The position numbers and the translations under genes are program-made. 16,589 nucleotides of DNA, from positions 1 through 16,589 of the forward strand of contig JBDQPD010000077.1 of the NCBI GenBank assembly GCA_040260805.1, read 5' to 3'. Under the pieces are notes generated by a model that saw nothing but the letters and a program-made list of their open reading frames with translations, searched no databases and was not told where the DNA came from. Origin of the DNA: Myxococcota bacterium. Lineage in GTDB: Bacteria; Myxococcota; UBA4151. Of the stretch, positions 7,604-13,906 are shown one piece after another (within the stretch, counting starts at the first letter, position 1; each line of letters opens with the position of its first letter).

Positions 7604-8394
7604 TCGGTTTCGCTCTATTTGCTTTGGTGGGCTGCGCAAGCGCCCCGGTCGCTGCACCGACAGCGTCCAACCCAGGGCTCTTGGATCAAAAGCTTTTGAG
7701 CGATGTCGTCGCGACGGCGTTTAGCCGAGTTGATGGGCTAACGCTGAGGCGCTTCGTCAACGGCAAGAACGTAGCCGTTCAGGTCGCCACCACCTACACC
7801 GCAGAGACCTCTGTCGTGCGAGCTCATGCTGCTATGCTGCTGACACGAGCGGGCGCCATGCGGGCGGACCTCGCACGCGGCGGAGACGTCATCGCGATGG
7901 TCGTGCTGCGCGCTTATGGCGTTCAATCGGCCGAGGTCGACGATGGCAATCAGCGTCGCGGCTTTATCCTGGGTGACTTGGTTCTCATCCGACCCGGCTC
8001 AGGTGAGGTCATGCGTGAAGCTCTCGCCGCCAAAGCGGTTGATCATTATTTCAATGACGGCACTCGTGAGCGTCGAAGCGTCGGACGACGCAAAGCGGAG
8101 CGTGCCCCTGAGCGCGCAGAAGCGCCGGAGCCAGAGCCCGAAGTTGAGGCAGAGCCAGAGCCGGAGCCAGAGCCCGAAGCTCGTCCCGCGCCTCGTCGTG
8201 ACGAACGCCGAGCGCGAGATCGTCGCTCAGACCGTCGGGCGAAACCTACGCCGAGCAGTCGCCGCACCTCGAGGTCCAAACGCAAGGTCAAAGACTCAGA
8301 TGACGAGGACGAGGCCGAAGAGGGTGAGGGGCGAACCCGCAAACGGTCGCGGACCCGACGCCGTCGGCGACGCCAACCGCTCATTCTGGAATAG
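7588..8394 (+). CDS. Hypothetical lipoprotein with a disordered Glu/Pro- and Arg-rich C-terminal tail
   Basis: AGGAG SD inside the yciO 3' end, lipobox LVGC, 16-nt overlap with the upstream gene, and a stop 2 nt before the MoxR ATG. No family recognised. Confidence 0.75.
   Translation: MVRALIGFALFALVGCASAPVAAPTASNPGLLDQKLLSDVVATAFSRVDGLTLRRFVNGKNVAVQVATTYTAETSVVRAHAAMLLTRAGAMRADLARGGDVIAMVVLRAYGVQSAEVDDGNQRRGFILGDLVLIRPGSGEVMREALAAKAVDHYFNDGTRERRSVGRRKAERAPERAEAPEPEPEVEAEPEPEPEPEARPAPRRDERRARDRRSDRRAKPTPSSRRTSRSKRKVKDSDDEDEAEEGEGRTRKRSRTRRRRRRQPLILE
8124..8179 (+). repeat. Exact 20-bp direct repeat within the (EP)n linker
   Basis: GCCGGAGCCAGAGCCCGAAG at 8124-8143 and 8160-8179, period 36 bp, in frame. 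Confidence 0.85.
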
Positions 8395-8396
8395 TC

Positions 8397-9200
8397 ATGA
8401 GTCTGCCCTTCTCCGGAACCAAAGATTACGTCTCGACGCCTGAGCTCAACCAAGCCGTGAGCTGCGCTCTGGTCCTCGGGCGGCCTCTGCTGGTCAAAGG
8501 TGAGCCTGGAACCGGGAAAACCTTACTCGCCAACGCGGTCAGTGAAGCTCTTGGGCGCCCCTTGTACAAATGGCACGTCAAGTCGACGAGCCAGGCTCAA
8601 GAGGGTCTGTACACCTACGACGTCGTGGCTCGTCTCAACGATTCTCGATTCGGTGGCGGAGATGTTCACAATATTCGCCACTACATTCGGACCGGGCCCC
8701 TCGGGACCGCCATCGCTAAAGATGAAGAGGCGGTCGTACTCGTTGATGAGATCGATAAAGCCGACCCCGAGTTTCCGAACGACCTGCTGCGCGAGCTCGA
8801 TGAGATGGCGTTCACGATCGCTGAACTCGACGAGACGGTGACCGCTAAGAAGCGGCCCTTGGTGATCATCACCTCAAACGCAGAGAAAGAGCTCCCTGAC
8901 GCCTTTCTGCGGCGGTGTGTGTTCCATTTCTTAGAGTTTCCTGACGCCGACCGAATGCAAGAGATCGTACGAGTCCATCACCCGGGCCTTGATGAAAACT
9001 TGGTCGATGCTGCTTTGAAACGCTTCTTCGAGTTGCGCAATCGTCGCGGCCTTCGCAAGCGTCCGAGCACGAGTGAGTTGGTCGATTGGCTGTCGGTTTT
9101 GGCGCACCATGGCGCGAGTCCAGATATTCTCGCGGCTGCTCTTCCTTACGCGGGGACGCTGCTCAAAGATGAGTCTGACCTGAGCGCATTCGTCAACTGA
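8397..9200 (+). CDS. MoxR-family AAA+ ATPase
   Basis: Walker A GEPGTGKT, Walker B VLVDEIDKA, sensor-I IITSN, arginine-finger region LPDAFLRRC and KRPSTSELVDW; followed by a VWA gene. Confidence 0.93.
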   Translation: MSLPFSGTKDYVSTPELNQAVSCALVLGRPLLVKGEPGTGKTLLANAVSEALGRPLYKWHVKSTSQAQEGLYTYDVVARLNDSRFGGGDVHNIRHYIRTGPLGTAIAKDEEAVVLVDEIDKADPEFPNDLLRELDEMAFTIAELDETVTAKKRPLVIITSNAEKELPDAFLRRCVFHFLEFPDADRMQEIVRVHHPGLDENLVDAALKRFFELRNRRGLRKRPSTSELVDWLSVLAHHGASPDILAAALPYAGTLLKDESDLSAFVN

Positions 9201-9212
9201 TCGGGGGTAGCC

Positions 9213-10385
9213 GTGTTCCTTCAATGGTTCATCAACCTCCGCCTATCCGGCGTCAAGGTCACCCTACCGGAGTGGCTCGATTTGATGCGCGCCATGGAGC
9301 ATGGGGCGGTCGCCAACCTCGATGACCTTTATCACGTGGGCTTGTGCCTGCTGGTCAAATCGGAGAACCGCTACGACGATTACGACATCGCCTTCTCCGC
9401 CAGCTTCGGCGATGGGCAGGTGCCCACTGCGCTGAGCGCTGAATTCGAAAACTGGTTGAGCAACCCAAAGCAAGGACAGTTTGATCCCGCCACGATCGCG
9501 GCGCTCAGCCAACTCGACCCGGACGAGCTCAGGCGTCGATTTGAAGAGATGCTCAAAAATCAAAATGAGCGTCATGATGGCGGCTCGAAGTATATCGGAA
9601 CGGGCGGCACCTCGCCCTTTGGAACCGGCGGGACACACCCATCTGGGATCCGCGTAGGAGGCGGCGGACAAAGAACCGCGGCGATGGTCGCTGACCAACG
9701 ACGCTTCCAATCCTATCGAGACGATGCGGTGCTCGATGTGCGCCAATTTGATATTGCGCTTCGGATGTTGCGCCAGCTGCTTCGCGAGGGGCCCGAAGAG
9801 CTCGATATCGACGACAGCATCGCCGAGACGGCGAAGCAAGGCGGCGAGATTGACCTTGTTTTTCGCTCAGCCCGTAAGAACGCCATCCGCTTGCTGCTCG
9901 TCATGGATGTCGGTGGATCGATGACCCCTCATGCGCAGATGTGCGACCGGCTATTTTCAGCCGCATCGAAAGCGAACCACTTCAAGCGCTTTGATAACTA
10001 CTGGTTTCACAACTGCCCCTATGAACGACTTTGGAATGAGAGCCCCTCAAGCCGGTCCGTGATCCCAACCGCTGACGTCCTCGAGAACCACTCAGAGGAG
10101 ACCTGTGTTATCTTTGTCGGCGATGCCTGCATGCATCCGTGGGAGTTGTTTCAACCGGGCTGGACGATTCACCGCTTCAGGCAACAAGAGCTGCGGCGTG
10201 GACTCGACTGGGTGGAGGCCTTTGGCAAACGATTTCCAAACCGGATCTGGCTCAATCCGGAGCCTCAAAAGTACTGGGACCATCCAACGATCGAAGCCAT
10301 TGGCGAGCATTTTCCTATGTTTCCGCTAACCTTGAAGGGGTTAAGGGATGGAGTTCGCTCGCTTCGTCGTGGTCTTCGCTACTAA
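9213..10385 (+). CDS. VWA (CoxE-like) domain protein, MoxR partner
   Basis: MIDAS-like MDVGGSM, FHNCPYE, IFVGDA and WLNPEP, a Gly-rich GGSKYIGTGGTSPFG segment, and a GTG start 12 nt after the MoxR stop. Confidence 0.88.
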   Translation: MFLQWFINLRLSGVKVTLPEWLDLMRAMEHGAVANLDDLYHVGLCLLVKSENRYDDYDIAFSASFGDGQVPTALSAEFENWLSNPKQGQFDPATIAALSQLDPDELRRRFEEMLKNQNERHDGGSKYIGTGGTSPFGTGGTHPSGIRVGGGGQRTAAMVADQRRFQSYRDDAVLDVRQFDIALRMLRQLLREGPEELDIDDSIAETAKQGGEIDLVFRSARKNAIRLLLVMDVGGSMTPHAQMCDRLFSAASKANHFKRFDNYWFHNCPYERLWNESPSSRSVIPTADVLENHSEETCVIFVGDACMHPWELFQPGWTIHRFRQQELRRGLDWVEAFGKRFPNRIWLNPEPQKYWDHPTIEAIGEHFPMFPLTLKGLRDGVRSLRRGLRY

Positions 10386-10423
10386 GCTAAGACGCAGAGA
10401 AAGGCGCGCTACGACGCCCGGTC

Positions 10424-10460
10424 TTGCTTGACACCTCTCGCTGCGTAGAACACATAAAAA
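10424..10460 (+). promoter_or_regulatory. Possible sigma70-type promoter for the ferredoxin gene
   Basis: Perfect TTGACA at 10428-10433, but no good -10 hexamer at 16-18 nt spacing. Alternative reading TTGCTT-16-TAGAAC. Confidence 0.25.
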
Positions 10461-10491
10461 TGCCTCAAAAAAGGGATCCAAAGAGCCTCTC

Positions 10492-10863
10492 ATGTCGACG
10501 TTGATCACCGCAGATTGCATTAACTGCGGGGCTTGCGAGCCCGAATGCCCCAACGCGGCCATCCGTGAGGGCGACAGTGCGTACGTCATCAACCCGAATT
10601 TGTGCACCGAATGCGTGGGATTTTATGGCGCTGAAATGTGCCAAGAAGTTTGCCCAGTAGCGTGTTGTCTGCCCGATCAAAAGATACGGGAAGACGAGCA
10701 GACGCTCTACGAGCGAGCGGTCAAACTTCATGGCAAAGATGAGGTGCCGGCGAAAGAGGACCTTGACGCACAGACCAGCCGTTTTCGTAACGATGAATGG
10801 GACAATGATATCGACGAAGACGCCGAGCCGGCCGAGGACTATTCGCCCTATTGGGACGAGTAG
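10492..10863 (+). CDS. 2[4Fe-4S] ferredoxin, YfhL/Alvin type, with an acidic C-terminal tail
   Basis: CINCGACEPECP and CTECVGFYGAEMCQEVCP (CxxC-x8-CxxxCP insertion typical of the YfhL/Alvin type), followed by a C-terminal helix. Confidence 0.92.
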   Translation: MSTLITADCINCGACEPECPNAAIREGDSAYVINPNLCTECVGFYGAEMCQEVCPVACCLPDQKIREDEQTLYERAVKLHGKDEVPAKEDLDAQTSRFRNDEWDNDIDEDAEPAEDYSPYWDE

Positions 10864-10977
10864 CTCCAACCCAAATGCCCGATCGCCCCAGCCGCGCTGC
10901 AGCGACGCAAAGCGATGCGTTGAGCGATCGAAGCTAGCGGCGGCCCCCGTTGAATCGCAAAGCAATGCGCGCGTGTC

Positions 10978-11005
10978 TTGCGCCCGCTAAGAATGAGCGT
11001 ATCTT
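10978..11005 (+). promoter_or_regulatory. Candidate sigma70-type promoter for rel
   Basis: TTGCGC (10978-10983), 16-nt spacer, TATCTT (11000-11005). Confidence 0.35.
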
Positions 11006-11028
11006 ACTAACTATGGGGCGGTTGTAGG

Positions 11029-13197
11029 ATGCGGCGAATCACAGAGATCATCGATCGAATGGGCGTGGCGCCGAATTCGCCGGCAGCCGACCTGATCACT
11101 GCGTCTTATATCTTCAGCGCGAAGTGCCACGCCGGGCAGCTCCGCAAATCTGGAGAACCCTATCTGATGCATCCGCTCGAGGTCGCGTTCATCTTATCCG
11201 AGCTAGGCATGGACGCGGCGACGGTCTCCACCGGGCTCTTGCACGATACGGTCGAGGATACTCACGCCACCATCGATGAGATCGAGGAACAGTTTGGTCA
11301 CGCGGTCGCCATCATGGTCGACGGCGTCACTAAAATCTCTCAAATCCAATTTACGACGGCGGCGGAGAAGGCCGCTGAAAACTTTCGCAAGATGGTCGTC
11401 GCTATGGCTCAAGACATTCGAGTCTTGATCGTCAAGCTAGCGGATCGTTTGCACAACATGCGCACCCTCGAGCACATGAAAGCCAATAAGCAGCGGCGGA
11501 TCGCTCGCGAGACGATGGATATCTATGCTCCGCTCGCCGACCGACTAGGAATGAACGCGGTCAAAATCGAGCTTCAAGATCTGAGCTTTCAATACCTCCA
11601 GCCCAATAGCTACGACCAGATGCGTCAGGATGTTGAAGAGCACCTCCCCGCTCGAGATAAGTACGTCGCCGAGACCGTCCAAGAGATTCACGCAGCCTTT
11701 GAAGGCGCTGAGCTAGAGATTTTGGACATCTACGGGCGCGCTAAGCACCTCTATTCGATCTTCATGAAGCTTGAGAAAAAGGGTGTCTCCATTGCCGAGA
11801 TCTATGACGCGGTGGCCTTTCGGGTGATCGTCCCGACGGTGTCGGACTGTTATTCGGTCCTGGGTTATGTGCACTCGAAATGGCGCCCTATACCGGGACG
11901 TTTTAAAGACTTTGTCGCGCTGCCTAAACAAAACGGCTACCAGAGCTTGCACACGACCGTCGTGGGCCCCAACCGCCAGCTGATCGAGATTCAAATTCGT
12001 ACCACCGAGATGGACGAGATGGCTGAGCGAGGCTTTGCGGCGCACTTCGCCTACAAAGAAGGACAGCAGAGCGCGTCGGATGAGGATTCGATGGCTTTTG
12101 GCTGGCTGCGCCAATTGATGGAGTGGCAAAATACGGTCCGAGACCCCAACGAGTTCATGGAGTCGGTTCGGCACGAACTCTTTCATGAAGAGGTCTTTGT
12201 CTTTACGCCAAAAGGCGCAGTGGTTCAGCTGCCGCGAGGCGCCACCTGCGTGGACTTTGCCTTCTCTGTTCACACCGAGGTCGGGCTGACCTGCTCGGGT
12301 GCCAAGGTTAATGGCAGAATGGTGCCCTTGCGCACCAAGCTCAAGAGCGGTGACCGCATCGAGGTGCTCACGGACAAACGTCGAACACCGAACCGTGAGT
12401 GGCTCGACTTCGTCGTGACCTCCCGCGCCCGAACCCGAATCCGAGCGGCGGTTCGCAAACGCGAGGATGAGCAAGCTCGAGAGGTGGGATCAAACCTCCT
12501 TGACCGGGCACTTCGGGCGAATGGAAGCACCCTGAGTAAGTTTGAAAACAGTGACGATAAAGCGATGATCACGCTCAAGCTCAAGCAAAACTCTTTCGAC
12601 GAGCTGTTGGCACAGATTGGGCTGAACAAGCTGACCACCGACGCCGTCGTGCAGATGCTTTATCCGGCTGAGCCTACTCTGCCGCCGCAAGCGATCGGCG
12701 AGCCGTCACCGGGTCTGGCGGAGCGACTGTTCGGCCGGAAGAAAAAGCCGCTTGCTCAACACGGTTCTTCCGTCGTCGTCGGTGGCCTCGATGACGTCTT
12801 TATCACGTTCGCTAATTGTTGTTCGCCGCTCCCAGGCGAGCGGATCGTCGGACACGTCAGCACTGGAAGAGGCGTGCGCGTGCACCGTCTCAACTGCAGC
12901 GAGCTGCACAACGCCGACCCTGCTCGCCAGGTCGAAGTACGCTGGCGTATCGACACCGATCTACTGCACCAGGTGCGACTGCGTGTAGTGACCAATGATA
13001 AGCCAGGGATTCTCGCTCAAGTCAGTTCTGCCTTTGAAAACCTGAACATCAACATCTCAGAGGCTAGCTGCCGAGTGCGCGATGATGGTTCGGCCGTAAA
13101 CACCTTCCGATTCGGCGTTCGCGATCTTGAGGCGTTGCACGCTGTGAGCAGCCGTCTGCGCACGATGTCGGGCGTCCTCCGGGTCGATCGTGCCTGA
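11029..13197 (+). CDS. rel: Bifunctional (p)ppGpp synthetase/hydrolase (long RSH, Rel/SpoT)
   Basis: Intact hydrolase motifs (RKSGEPY, LLHDTVED, KLADRLHNMRT); synthetase motifs GRAKHLYSI, RFKD, NGYQSLHT, EIQIRT; TGS domain (FTPKG...DFAFSVHT), ZFD cysteines (NCC...HRLNC) and ACT domain (DKPGILA). Confidence 0.97.
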   Translation: MRRITEIIDRMGVAPNSPAADLITASYIFSAKCHAGQLRKSGEPYLMHPLEVAFILSELGMDAATVSTGLLHDTVEDTHATIDEIEEQFGHAVAIMVDGVTKISQIQFTTAAEKAAENFRKMVVAMAQDIRVLIVKLADRLHNMRTLEHMKANKQRRIARETMDIYAPLADRLGMNAVKIELQDLSFQYLQPNSYDQMRQDVEEHLPARDKYVAETVQEIHAAFEGAELEILDIYGRAKHLYSIFMKLEKKGVSIAEIYDAVAFRVIVPTVSDCYSVLGYVHSKWRPIPGRFKDFVALPKQNGYQSLHTTVVGPNRQLIEIQIRTTEMDEMAERGFAAHFAYKEGQQSASDEDSMAFGWLRQLMEWQNTVRDPNEFMESVRHELFHEEVFVFTPKGAVVQLPRGATCVDFAFSVHTEVGLTCSGAKVNGRMVPLRTKLKSGDRIEVLTDKRRTPNREWLDFVVTSRARTRIRAAVRKREDEQAREVGSNLLDRALRANGSTLSKFENSDDKAMITLKLKQNSFDELLAQIGLNKLTTDAVVQMLYPAEPTLPPQAIGEPSPGLAERLFGRKKKPLAQHGSSVVVGGLDDVFITFANCCSPLPGERIVGHVSTGRGVRVHRLNCSELHNADPARQVEVRWRIDTDLLHQVRLRVVTNDKPGILAQVSSAFENLNINISEASCRVRDDGSAVNTFRFGVRDLEALHAVSSRLRTMSGVLRVDRA

Positions 13198-13230
13198 TTC
13201 AGCTCACTGTCTATCAACGGGATCTCATCC

Positions 13231-13905
13231 ATGACCAATCGGTTTGTCCTTGCCCTGTGTCTTGCGCTCCTTGGCTGCCCTGAATCGAAGCCGGCCGCGA
13301 CGACCGCCCCGAATGCCGGTCCAGAGGTCAGCAACGCGAAAGCCGATAAAGAACAGGCGGCGCCAAAGCCTCCCGTCATAACCGACGATTCAACCGACTT
13401 GGTTTTTTCATGGTTTGATCCGCAAAAAGGTCACGCCACCGGCACCCGCGTCGCCGAAGTTCCCAAACCATGCAGGAAAGATGTGGTGGTGGCTGATCTG
13501 AGCCGAACGCCCGAGCAAAGGCAGTCCACACGCTATGTGATGATCGCAAACCTAGAACAAAAGAAGGCTGATGGGACCTACTCCGTGGTGGTCCAAAGCC
13601 GTTATCGCTTCGCTGATACCGACCTGAGTGACTTGGGCCCCATCGCAAAGAATGAGGGGGTTATCGTCTACTCAACGACCTGGTGCGGTCCCTGCAAGTC
13701 GCTCAAGAAGTGGCTGACGGCCGAAGGCGTCCCGTTCACCACCAAGGACGTAGAGAACGACCCCGGAGCGGGCGCCGAAGTGGCTGCTAAACTCAAAAAG
13801 GCAGGCATGCAGCCTGGCGGCGTACCGGTGATCGATATCGCCGGAACGATGATCAAGGGCTTTGATCAGCGTGCGATCGAACAAGCCCTGCGCGCGCCGC
13901 GCTAG
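13231..13905 (+). CDS. Lipoprotein with a C-terminal glutaredoxin/NrdH-like domain (WCGPC)
   Basis: Lipobox LLGC, Pro/Ala linker, unrecognised middle domain, then VIVYSTTWCGPC...GVPFTTKDVE...GVPVIDIAG...GF. Confidence 0.85.
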   Translation: MTNRFVLALCLALLGCPESKPAATTAPNAGPEVSNAKADKEQAAPKPPVITDDSTDLVFSWFDPQKGHATGTRVAEVPKPCRKDVVVADLSRTPEQRQSTRYVMIANLEQKKADGTYSVVVQSRYRFADTDLSDLGPIAKNEGVIVYSTTWCGPCKSLKKWLTAEGVPFTTKDVENDPGAGAEVAAKLKKAGMQPGGVPVIDIAGTMIKGFDQRAIEQALRAPR

Positions 13906-13906
13906 G

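Noticed and set aside
7916..8453. Alternative-frame ORFs 7916-8443 (+) and 8046-8453 (-) with SQ or GS repeats
   Set aside because: They are by-products of the (EP)n and Arg-rich low-complexity coding sequence of 7588-8394.
8397..10385. MoxR/VWA pair as an anti-phage or conflict system
   Set aside because: There is no adjacent nuclease, peptidase, TIR or NTPase effector and no mobile context; the flanks are housekeeping genes.
10465..10965. 166-aa minus-strand ORF over the ferredoxin
   Set aside because: It is antisense to a clear 2[4Fe-4S] ferredoxin and has no recognisable domain.
10967..10982. Sigma54 promoter for rel (TTGC at 10978-10981)
   Set aside because: The invariant GG at -24 is missing (GCGCGCG in place of TGGCACG).
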